Below, in pieces: positions 50,376 to 61,861 of a stretch of 64,000 nt of DNA (positions are counted from its first letter, which is position 1; each line of letters opens with the position of its first letter). Both the position numbers and the translations under genes were made by a program. The notes beneath the pieces are model-generated. The model was not told the origin of the DNA and ran no database searches. It saw nothing but the letters and a program-made list of their open reading frames with translations. The stretch covers positions 5,518,001 to 5,582,000 of the forward strand of contig NC_091475.1 in the NCBI RefSeq assembly GCF_036971445.1, given 5' to 3'. The DNA is from Narcine bancroftii (Eukaryota).

Positions 50376-50511
50376 AAATGTGAAATAATGCAACAACATA
50401 TTTAAAATTCACCAGATTTTGTGCAAGACTGCCAAAAGATACAAAAGACCAGATTCCAATGAACTTCCAGATGGTGCCATAAGTGTTTTATAGAATGAAG
50501 CCATACTATTA

Positions 50512-51244
50512 TGTCACAGACCAGCATAATGGAAATTCACCAAGTCACTATTATTGTTTTCCTTTTAAAACAATATATTTATTAATAACTACTAATAATA
50601 TAACACGTGTGCGTCTGTGTTACCAAAACCATTACAGCTTAACACAATTCTGTAAAGCCATTCCAAAGTTCAGTCTTACAAATCAGGCTTTTAAACTGAT
50701 ACACAGAAGTAATCATGAAGAAGGTGGGAGAGCCCGAGAGACCGGACTGCCGAAAACTCATGAATTGTTGTTGAGTTTCTTCCAGAGAAAAGATCCTTTC
50801 ATACGAACAGTTGTCACAACTCCCTTTTTTCTTGCATAGGAGAAACTAAACGAGCAACTTCCACGATGCGTCCAAAACCCAGGTATGGGTCAAAGTGACC
50901 TTTACTTTGGTCACAGTAATTCAATAATTCCCCTGACAAGGAGAATCAGTCAAATTGTCCAATATCACAGAGTCATTCCTGCTCTGTGGTCGATGAGATG
51001 GCCGCTTGTCAATAACTTGCTGTTTCAATTACTTAACTCTCTCACCACCTGTATCCTTGGAAAAAGGAACAAATGTTTCTTCTCCTCTTCAAAGTTGGGT
51101 ACGGTTTGTACTAGTTGTTGCCACCCAGTTTCTCCACAGCTATGAATGGTTGCAGTCGGTACTAGCCCTTAAAATGATAGGGACACTAAATGAAATGGGA
51201 GCTCGTAATAATACAGGGTACATCATGCAGAGTTCACATTGACA
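50512..51244. mobile_element. Possible solo LTR
   Basis: TGTCA...TGACA termini and LTR-like composition. No TSD found. Confidence 0.3.
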
Positions 51245-52099
51245 GGCAGTCAAGATAAAATGTACATTTGGAAAGCATTACATAAAGGTCAAATCTTACA
51301 AAAATCATTGTGCAAAATTTAAAGAAATTACATTCAGAAGTAACAACAAATTGGCAGACTAATATTAAGAGCAAAAATATAGAATAAAACAGGTCACAGT
51401 TTTGAACAACAAAGCCTTTATCGTGGATATCCCAGGAAAGGAATCTATAGAGATAGATAGAAATTTGATAAATCAGGACCAATCTATAGGAACAGTGAGT
51501 AAATGCATTAGGGAGAGAAAAGTATCAGAATATTCAAGAAATCTGAAGAAGGCACATCAACACATCTACTTTCTAAGTACGAGGTTGTTTGACATGTCAC
51601 TGAATGTTCTATCAAAAGCAAATCACAAAATTTAAATAACACGTTACCACATAAAGGTTTAAATTTTATTTGGATATTTTTAAATAAACCACCGTTTAAA
51701 GCCTGAGCCAAATGTAACAGGCTGTTTAAAGCCCAAGAAAAGCAGAATCAGACCGGGCAGATGGACCCAGCAGAGAAGCTCTGAGACTTCACATATAACT
51801 AACGGGCTTGCACGAGGATGCATTGGAGGTGGCAGAAAGATGACTGTGGTATTGCAACTTTGTTAGCACGGTAATAATTTTATACTTTTTATATAGGATG
51901 ACATTGATTTTAAAGTGAAATTTTAAAGTTTCTGTGATCATCCTATGCAATGGCATACAGGTATTGACTGGTTGCATCACAGCCTGGTTTGGAAACTAGA
52001 GTGTCTTGGAATGCAGATGGTCACAAACATAACCAAACATCACCTCCCATTCATTGAAGGCAACCAACATCATAAAGGACCCCCCCCCCCCCCCACCCC

Positions 52100-52870
52100 C
52101 AATCATTTTAGCCAAAGAACTCATTTACAGCATCTGGTGTACCCTCTCTATGGCCTTCCCTACATCGGAGAGACTGGTTGCAGATTAGGAGATCACCCAG
52201 CACCTCCTCTCCATCTGAAACAAAAGTGACCTCCCGAAGCCAACCATTTCAATTCGGAGTCACACTATCAAGCTCATGGCCTTACATACTATCACACCAT
52301 GACCACCTGCAGGTTGGAGGAACAACACTTCATTTTTCGTCTGGGCACACTCCAACCTGAGGGCATGAACACCAAATTCACTCCATTCCACTAATCAACT
52401 TGCTTGTTCCACCTCCCCCCCCCCTTTAACTAGTTATTCCAGTTCCTACTTCCTTTTTCTCTACCTAGCTTCAACCTTCCCCCCACCAGTGTTTCTCCCC
52501 CACTCTCCACGTATCATCTCCCACTTTAACCCCCCCCACCTCTCCTCCCACCTTCACCACCCCCCCACGGGGTTTTACCCCCCTCCACCTATCTTCTCCC
52601 ACCCTCACACCCCTCTCCCACCCTCACCCCCCCTGTGGGGTTTCTCACACACCCCCCTCACCTCTCCTCCCACCCTCACCGACCCCCACCTCACCTCCCA
52701 CCCTCGCCACCCCCCCACACCTCACATCTCCCTCCCTCACCAACGGGGGGTTTGTTCAAGCATCTCTCATGTTCCCCCACACCTTGATGAAGGGCTCCAG
52801 CCAGAAACGTTGGTTCTGCGACATCAAGGCCCTCTTTGACCTGCCGAGTTTCTCCATTATTTGTGTGTGG
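52100..52870 (+). mobile_element. Penelope-like element 3' remnant (GIY-YIG, C-rich tract, hammerhead-like tail)
   Basis: Motifs LPYIGETGCRLGDH and LGTLQPEGMNT. CTTGATGAAGGGCTCCAGCCAGAAACGTT at 52783-52811. Confidence 0.75.
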
Positions 52871-53123
52871 GGCTTCCCCCCCCCCTCCACTCCCCACCCA
52901 CTTCACCACAAGGGTCAACAGAATCCTTTTCCCTCCTTCGTCGCTCCCCTCACTTCAGGGGAATTGAATGGTGGACAACTCCAACACCCAGGCTGCAATG
53001 GCCACTGCACCCTGACCGAGGGCCGCCGTGTAAAACCACAAACTTTAAGATTCCCCACGGACACGGAACGCGCTCCTGGGTTTTTTTCCCCCCTTGTCAA
53101 ACGTTTGCAAAACGCACGCTTAC

Positions 53124-53175
53124 TCTCTGTCGCTTGCGCCGTCCTCCTGGCCGCTGCCGCCACCGCCGCCGCCAT
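53124..53175 (-). CDS. CEP97: CEP97 exon 1 (52 nt coding)
   Basis: GTGATGG start gives MAAAVAAAARRTAQATE. A|GTAAGC donor in phase 1 matches exon 2. CpG-rich context. Confidence 0.88.
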
Positions 53176-53715
53176 CACTCGCCCACTTCCGCTTGGCAGG
53201 ACGCCGAGCCACCGATGGTCAAAATCGAAAAGAAAACCCGGGTTTTTTTTCACGGGGGGGGAAAAAGATGTGGGTTTTTCAGCCGGGTTTATCTGGGGAG
53301 ATCTAATTTTCTGAGGAGAATTCGTTTTCGAGTTTGTGCAGCTACCCACAATTCCCTCTCTTACCCACAATTCCCTCCCCCTTCCCCTCACTCACCCATA
53401 ATTCCCTTCCCCTCTCTCACCCGCAATTCCCCCTCTCTCACCGCAATTCCCTCTCTTACCCACAATTCCCTCTCCCTCCCCCCTCTCTTACCCACAATTC
53501 CCTCTCCCTCCCCCCTCTCTTACCCACAATTCCCTCTCCCTCCCCCCTCTCTTACCCACAATTCCCTCTCCCTCCCCCCTCTCTTACCCACAATTCCCTC
53601 TCCCCCCCCCCTCTCTTACCCACAATTCCCTCTGTTACCCACAATCCCATTCACCTCTCTTACCCACAATTCCCTCTCCCCTCCCCCTCTTTGCGCTGCC
53701 ATTTTGACCGTCGAC
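53176..53715. promoter_or_regulatory. Bidirectional CEP97/RPL24 promoter with ETS site, TCT/5'TOP initiator and YY1 site
   Basis: CACTTCCG at about 53184. CTCTTT pyrimidine initiator at 53687-53692. GCCATTTT (YY1) at 53698-53705. The two ATGs diverge about 540 bp apart. Confidence 0.8.
53343..53690. repeat. Pyrimidine-rich minisatellite, about 32-bp unit TACCCACAATTCCCTCTCCCTCCCCCCTCTCT
   Basis: About a dozen full or partial tandem units are visible. Confidence 0.95.
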
Positions 53716-53720
53716 ATGAA
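53716..53720 (+). CDS. RPL24: RPL24 exon 1 coding part (ATGAA)
   Basis: ATGAA|GTGAGT follows a 5'TOP and joins exon 2 to give MKVELC. Confidence 0.93.
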
Positions 53721-53849
53721 GTGAGTGTTCCGCCAAGTTTTAATCTGCTTCCATCGACCGATTTAGCTTCGAAAGTGACTGCGACTTCAGTCACCTCTTG
53801 GTATCGATGAGTACGAAAAACGATGGGCACGTTGTATTTGTTTCCCCAG

Positions 53850-53925
53850 GGTCGAACTGTGCAGTTTTAGCGGGTACAAGATTTACCCCGGTCACGGGAA
53901 GCGCTATGCCAGGATCGACGGGAAG
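53850..53925 (+). CDS. RPL24: 60S ribosomal protein L24 exon 2 (76 nt)
   Basis: Translation [25 protein letters not shown]. cccag acceptor and GTAACG donor. Confidence 0.98.
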
Positions 53926-54152
53926 GTAACGAGAGCCCCTCCAAGTACCCCAGCCGCTTGGCTGGAGTTGTAAATTTGAAGCCCTTTAAATTTTTCGTGC
54001 TTTGCTCCCAGCTTGTATTGAGTCCCATTTGCCCATGAATTTGTTTGCGATCTGTGCTGGTTCTTGGTTAAGTAGTATATTTACTTTTTTGCATCCTCTT
54101 TTATGAACCTCTCCAAGGTCTGCTTTACTATTAATTATTTCTAGACAATCTA

Positions 54153-54312
54153 CAGTAAAAACCCACTATCTGGAATTCAAGCAACCAGCAAAAAAAAAAG
54201 CAGAAAGTATAGAGGTAAAAAATGTGGAAGCTTAAGATTTGCACGCCTTGCCAATCATTTAACACGGAGTCTCAAGCAACTGGAAAATTCACTTGTACTA
54301 AGAGTTTTACTG
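54153..54312. mobile_element. Tc1/mariner (Tigger-like) MITE in RPL24 intron 2
   Basis: TA|CAGTAAAA...TTTTACTG|TA. Same family as 39930-40130. Confidence 0.7.
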
Positions 54313-54660
54313 TACTCCGATTTGTGCTATAATGATGGTGTCCTGAGCATCGCATTTGTTGCTTTACCGATTGTGGCTGGGTATTCAGGTAAATTCCCTT
54401 CCTCGCACCTTCCCCATCCCACTCCTAGATATTTAAAACTGCTTTCTATGATCAGTTCTTTTATTTTCTGATCTATTATTTCATTAAATGACTCAATGCC
54501 AACTTTTTTTGAATCCTGGTTAGAGCCTTGGCATATATCTTGCAAAGTTAAAATAGTTATTGAATTCACTCTTGGGCACAAATCACCTGCTGAATAAAAA
54601 AGCTAATTACAAGTGTATCTAGGCAAGGTCTATAGTGTTTCTTTTTCCAATTAATTGTAG

Positions 54661-54786
<126 letters not shown>

Positions 54787-56045
54787 TGATTTGAGGACTC
54801 GAAATATATAAACAGGCAATTTCGTATTGAATTAGATGCAATTTTATACACTATGATTACAATGTGTATTGCTCTGGTAAGATGTATTTTAAGATCACAA
54901 ATAGTTGCATTATTGTTTGGGCTTGTGGAACAAATTTATTGTCATGTACTAAGATGCAGTGATAAGTTTTGAGAGCTGTCCAAATGTAGTTCCACAAACA
55001 AATCCCCATGAAAATGCAGTTGGAGATCAGATTGTATAGAACAAAGGGATCTTACTATTTTGAGCTTCATTGAAGAAGGAAAGAAACTAACTTGAATACG
55101 ATGGTCTGGTACTGGTGAATCTTTTTGGTGGGAGGGGAATGAAGAAAGTGTGGATGGGATGAGTCTCTTAAATGTTGGCTGTTTTTCCAAGGCAGCAGTA
55201 GATGCTGTTGAGGGAGGGGAGTCATTTCTGAAATTGTCTTGTAAGGCCATCTCCACAATTATTGTACAAGATTCATTTTATTTTGAGTAATTGAACTTGA
55301 ATTCTTGTATAGCTTAACAAATCTTGGTCCTTATTAGTAACTTCCATATTCAAATTGGACTGTCAACTGTCTGTTTTGAAGGAAATGATTGTTGTTTTCT
55401 GACTGGTATTTTGGGGACATTTTAGTTGATCTTTTGTAAATTATTTATAATAGGGAATAGAGTTGGGAAGGGGGGGAAAAAAGGTGGTCTTTCTATCATG
55501 TGTGACATTGCGAGTTTGGTTGATGGAATTCAGTGAATTTCTAACTGATAAGATTTTTTTATTTCCCTATTCTCATTATCCATATGTTTACATCTAAAAA
55601 CTTTTTAAATAATCCTGTTCAGTTTTTTTTTTAGAACTTTTTTTTTCCCCAGAGAATCACTTTGGTTGTTTGTTCCAGCACCCTTCTACAATATAATGTC
55701 AAGAAGCACACTTGTATATTGGTGTTTTGCTATCGTTTCACATGTAGGACGTGGTAATTTGGTGCCTTGTAAAATCATGCAAGCTCCTCCTTGTTCAAAT
55801 AATCCCTTAATAGCTCTTCCAGTGTATTTGAATTCTTGGATGGTTTTGGAATTACTTGAGGACATTGATGGCATTGTATATTCCTGTAATATCTTAAACT
55901 TAAAAGCTGTTTTATTAATGCAAATAATCAGCATTGCATTCAGGACTAATAGTTACTGTTATTTTACTACTGAAATTATTATTTGGAATTGGAAATTGAA
56001 GCTAAAAATGGTATAACAGTCGAGTTTTTCTCTCATCACTTTTAG

Positions 56046-56183
<138 letters not shown>

Positions 56184-56690
56184 TAAGATCTGAATGAGTT
56201 TTGGAGAAATAATCTCCAGTATAGTTTTTCTGTAAACATTATCTACTTGCTTTAATATGCAATTTAAAATCTTTCATTTTGTAAATTGGAGTAGTGGAGA
56301 TGGAAAGGATTTTTCAAATGGCGTAGTATTATTGGAGATGGGTCAAAGATGAATCAGGCAAGGTCTTTTCATTATCAATGGTGTAACTAATAAACAAGAA
56401 ATTTGTGTCTTTTGGTGTGTTCAAATTGTGAGAAGCTACAGTTAAGCAAGAAAGTGATGAATGACTGGAATAAAAGGGTCATATTTTTAGACTAAATTGA
56501 GGTATTCAGTGACCAGTTCAGCTGAGTAGTGGCAGAGAATGGGGACACAACGCCACTTTTCATGTTGCCTTTTGAACTGTGTTGGCTTACAGCAGAATTT
56601 CCTGGCTAGTGGGCCATAGCGTGTTTCCATGTGGATCTTTAAAAACGTTCAATAAAATACTTTAAATTAAATAAGATGTGTTTCTTGCAG

Positions 56691-56732
56691 AGCTGCCTTT
56701 GACTTGAAAACATTGCTCAGTCTTTGCCACTG
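56691..56732 (+). other. Candidate 42-nt cassette (poison) exon in RPL24 intron 4
   Basis: tgtgtttcttgcag acceptor and CTG|GTGAGT donor. In frame; it creates a TG|A stop when joined to exon 5. No transcript evidence is available. Confidence 0.35.
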
Positions 56733-57628
56733 GTGAGTAGGGTGGGTCATGACACGTTAGGCTGGATGCCTAGCTGGGGCTTTAACTGAAAAAGGTTGGA
56801 AACATTGGTAGAGGGATTAGGGAGAAAAATATAATTAGAGACAAGTTTGAATTGTTGTAAGTGTGAGTGTAATGTGAAGTAGATGGAAGTGAATAAAATG
56901 AGTAAATGAGTTTTTAAAAAGAAACACAAAAAAAACTATTGGAAGAACTCAACAGTTTGAGTAGCATCTGTGGAGGGCAAGAGACATTGTTGATGCCTTA
57001 GAAATAAGACCTGCAACAGAACTCGTTCCTTTTCCCCACCACACCTCTGCTGTCATGAGATACTGCTTGAAACACAGTTCATCCAGTTTTTTGGTCCAGA
57101 TTCCAGCAACTGTGTTTTCTTGTCTCCATAAATAAAGGCCATGATTGGAAAGATGTTTTACATTACCCAAGGATTGTTGCAGCTTACAGTCATTAACGCA
57201 GTCCCCCTTGATCCCAATGTTAGGGAGGGAGGGAGCTAGAAAATTACGGTTTTCATTAACACAAATCCAAGTCATTTGAAAATGCATTTATGTGGGGATG
57301 GGGGAGTAAGTAAGTCAACCATGTTTCTCAAGCTTGTTTCTCATTTTACTTTTCTCCCACATAAATGTGATTTTTTTTTTTGGTCTCAATTTTTGGGTAA
57401 TTTGTGTAAATTAGGATAAATTTCCATAAACTAAACCACTGTAAGCTGGGGTTCCCTGTATAGGAAAGGAAATGTTCGTTAAAATAAATGATAACCCACA
57501 AAATAGAATTACAAACAATGATAATTTTGAGATGATTTACTGAATGGATGAAATAGTGCATGACATTGAACACAGCTGAGAGCTAAAGGACTGCAGACCT
57601 TGTGGATATCTGGAATCAAGGATGGGCC

Positions 57629-60600
57629 TGTGATAGTACAGATTCTATCACCAATGTGTATCTGTACAGATGGTAGTGTAGGATGACTGTGATTGGCTGA
57701 GAGTGTAGGCACACCTACTGGCAAGTCTTAAAGGATTGCTCCTAGCCAGACCAGATCATTCTGGACTGGTCGACCTACTTGTGATATGCTCAGTCTTTTA
57801 GTTAATAAAAGTCTTGGTTTGGATCAACAAGTCATTGGTTCTTTCGACGCGCACTACAATTTTATTAATTAAAAAATTTTGAAGGGATGGAGCGTATGCA
57901 ATGGCTGGAACACCTCGACATTGACCCACAGTCAGCTACAACCTCAAATGACTTTAAGCACTGGGTAAGATGCTTCGAAACATACTTGAAGCTCTCTGAT
58001 CCTGCCATGATAGAGGACATCCATCGACTACTAATATTGATGACTATGGTGTCCCCGAGAGTCTACCAGTGTCCAGGATGTGACCACTTACGCCGCTGCC
58101 ATGAAGGTGCTGAAAGGGCTCTACGAGCGACCGGTGAACAGGGTCTATGCTCGGTACAAACTTGCTTCTAGGAGGCAACAGCCCAGTGAGTCCTTAGAGC
58201 TTATATTCAGACACTAAGGGCAATGGGCAGGGACTGTGCACAGACAGAACTGCTGCGGTGACCACAGACAATCTGATTCAGGATGCCTATGTGGCCGGGG
58301 TTCGATCGAATGAGGTGAGGCAGCGCCTGCTAGAGCATGGGGGAGAAAACCTAAAGGATGTGATCCAGATCGCAGAGACGATGGAGGCTGTGGCCTTAAG
58401 TATGGACATGTACTTTCGGGGCTGGACCCCACACTCTGATGTAAGTAGGATGCCCTCCCTCTACCCTACTACTGCCGCTACGTTCCCCGAGGCAACCCCA
58501 AAGTGTTATTTATGCGGGAGGAACAAGCACAGCAGGTCCCAGTGCCCGGCGAGAAAAACCAGGTGGCAGAAGTGCCTTAAAAACGGCCACTTTGCTGTAG
58601 TCTATCACTCCAAAATGGCCACCGTCAAACACAATGCCTCATGTGAAGCCCCAACTGACCAGGGACCCGCCGCCGCTGACCGCCCCACCACCGACGGCAA
58701 TCAACGACCCCCAACACCGACCGTTGGCTGCAGGCAACAACACCAACTCCCCAACACTTTTTTCAGGCCCAACTGTTTGCGTGATGTCCCCATTACAAGT
58801 ATCTGCATCAATAACCCTCGACCAGGACTTCTCTCCCAACCCTTCCAAAAGCAATCGAACTGATTAAAGTGCATGGACACTATACCAATTGCTTATTTGA
58901 CTTGCTCAACTGACAGTTTTATCCGCCCAGACCCGGCCCACCGTTGCGGACTGGCTATTCTCCCCACTGCACATAGAATTTCATTGGCAACCAGATCGCA
59001 CTCGACTGGGATAAAGGGGTACTGCGTGGCAACCCTGAAAGTCCAGGGCATCACGTTCACAGACTTCAAACTATTAGTCCTTCCCCAATTGTGCACCCCT
59101 ACTCTGCTGGGACTGGATTTTCAGTGCCAGTTTCAAACCATTTCCCAATACTTTGAAGGGCCTCACGCTCCACTCTCCGTCTAACCATTCCACCCCAGAC
59201 CCTCCTGCCAGCAGCAGCCCGAGCCGCCCACCCCTGGGGCCTCACCTGTAGTCTCTCCACCCTCCGAGTTGCTCCGCTAGCGCCTGTGGCCATCAAAAGC
59301 CGGCAATATAGTTATGAACACAGGAAATTTATCACAAGTGAGGTGCGCAGACTGCTGGATGAGGGCATTATTGAACCTAGCTTGAGTCCATGGAGGGGCC
59401 AGGTGGTAGTTGTTAAAAACTGGGAAGCCGCGGATGGTGGTTGACTACAGCCAGACAAACAACCGTTTCAAACTCCTGGATTTGTACCCCCTCTCACGGA
59501 TGTGGTGAATCAGATCACCCAATATCGTGTATTTTCCACCATCGACATGTTCGGCCTATCATCAGCTCCCAATCCGCCGAGAAGACTGGCCTTTCACGGC
59601 CTCCGAAGCGAATGGGTGACTGTATCAATTCCTCAGGGTACCCTTTGGGGTCACAAATGGTGTCGTCTTCCAGCAGGAAATGGACCGGATGGTGGACCAT
59701 AACGGGGTGACTGCTACTTTCCTGTATCTGGACAATGTCACCATCTGTGACCATGACACGGAGGATCATGATGCCAACCTTGAGAAATTTTTTCAGGCTG
59801 CAACTTGGCTGAACTTGACCTACAATTGAGAAATGTGTCTTCCGGACCACTTGGCTCGCAATTCTAGGCTGTGTGGTGGAGAACGGGGTGGTCATGCCAG
59901 ACCCTGACCGCATGCGTCCCCTCATGGGCTTGACACCCCCCCCCCACACACACACACACACCCAGAAGGCACTCAGACGCTGCCTGGGATTTTTCTCTTA
60001 CTATGCCCAATGGGTTCCACACTATGCCGACAAGGCATGGCCACTCATCAAGACCACCACCTTCCCCCTGTCAACCGAAGCCAGAGCATGAAATCTGACC
60101 TCGCTGCTGCACGCCATCGACGAGACCATTCCATTCCAAGTCGAATGCGATTTGTCTTATTTTGCACTGGCAGCCATTTTGAACCAGGCCAGCCGGCTGG
60201 TCGGTAGCCTTCTCCAGAACCGAACCCTCCGGGTCCTGAGAGCCGACACTTCTGTCGAGAAGGAGGCCCAGGCCATAGTCGAAGCAGTACGTCGTTGGAG
60301 ACACTACCTCACTGGCAGGCACTCTACGCTGCTGACCGACCAACGCGCGGTCTCCTTCATGTTTAGCAATACCCAGCTAGGTAAGATCAAGAATGACAAA
60401 ATCGCCAGGTGGAGTATTGAGGTCTCCGCCTTTAATTATGACATACTGTATTGGCCAGGTAAACTCAATGACCTGCCAGATGCGCTCTCCAGGGGGACTT
60501 GTGCCAACATACAACTGGACAGGCTGCAGGAACTCCACGAGGAGCTCTGTCATCCAGGGGTCACTAGGTTCGCACACTTTGTCAAAGTTCGCAACCTGCC

Positions 60601-61861
60601 CTACACGGTCAAGGAGATTCGCTCCATGACCCGAGCCTGCACTGAGTGCAAGCCCCACTTCTTTTGTCCGGAGAACACCCACGTCATCAAAGCCACCCGC
60701 CCCTTTGAGCGTCTCAGCGTAGACTTCAAGGGGCCCCTACCGTCGACCAACCGTAAACACCTACATCCTTACAGCCATCGACAAGTACTCCCGTACAGCT
60801 TCCCGTTCGCTGTGTCTGCTCGGACATGACTGCCTCCTCAGTTATAGAGGCCCTGCACAGCATCTTCGCCATCTTCGGGTACCCCAGTTACATCCACAGT
60901 GACAGGGGTCCTTGTTTATGAGCGCAGAGCTGCGGCAGTACCTTCTGGAGCGTGGGATTGCTTCAAGCAGGACCACCAGCTATAACTCACGCGGTAATGG
61001 GCAAGTCATAAGAGAGAATGCCACCGTCTGGAAAGCGGTTACACTTGCCCTCTGGTCCAAAGGTCTCCCCACCTCTCAATGGCAGGATGTGCTCACTAGT
61101 GCCTTAAACTCCATCTGCTCTCTCCTATGCACCGCGACCAATGCCACCCCCCATGAAAGGATGTTCTCTTTCCTGAGAAAATCCAAGTCGGGTACGACCA
61201 TACCGGCATGGTTCACGGTTCCCAGTCCAGTCCTCTTAGAACGCCACATCTGGTACTCGAAGAATGACCCCTTGCTTGACCGCGTGACTCTGCTCCATGC
61301 GAGCCTGCATTATGCCTACATTGAGTACCCGGATGGACGGGAGGACACAGTCTTGGTAAAGCACCTAGCCCAAGCCGGATCAGGTGCAGCAGTGCCTTTA
61401 ATCCAACCTCCCCCTATTCCTTCTCCCCCAGGTCATTTGCTTGAACAGAGGGACCAGCACCACCCCACCAGCTCAGGCCAGACTGTCGACAACGCCGTTA
61501 GGGAATTGAGCGAAGTAGTGGCCGCACCTTACTGGCCTGGCGGCGACCCCAATCCCGGCACCACGCCGGATGGTCAGGCCTTCTGACCCCTAACCTCCTT
61601 CCACCCTGGGGTCGGTTCTCAAAGGGGTGAATGTGATAGTACAGATTCTATCACCAATGTGGATATGTATGGATTGTCGTGTAGAATGACTGTGATTGGC
61701 TGAGAGCATAGCCACACCCACTGGCAGGTCTTAAAGGATTGTTCCTACCAGACCAGGTCATTCTGGACTGGTCGACCTACTTGTGATATGCTCCAATCTT
61801 TTAGGTAATAAAAGCCTTGGTTTGGATCAACAAGTCTTTGGTTCTTTCGACGTGCACTACA
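57629..61861 (+). mobile_element. Full-length but degraded Gypsy LTR retrotransposon in RPL24 intron 4; LTRs 57629-57858 and 61632-61861; TSD GGGCC
   Basis: 230-bp TG..CA LTRs, about 91% identical by hand count. GGGCC at 57624-57628 and 61862-61866. Gag with Zn knuckle CYLCGRNKHSRSQC, protease remnant, RT YLDNVTI, RNase H, integrase SVDFKGPLP and TTSYNSRGNGQV. PPT AAAAGGGGTGAA. Confidence 0.97.

Noticed and set aside
53233-53246. Perfect palindrome AAAACCCGGGTTTT in the promoter
   Set aside because: Short and low-complexity; no function can be assigned from sequence alone.
53343-53690. 32-bp periodic arrays as possible CRISPR arrays (also 14150-15630)
   Set aside because: Units are directly tandem with no unique spacers, there are no cas genes, and the context is vertebrate.
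52861-53810. Pro-rich ORFs (287 aa, 158 aa) across the promoter
   Set aside because: Products of the C-rich minisatellite and CpG island, overlapping the true CEP97 and RPL24 first exons.
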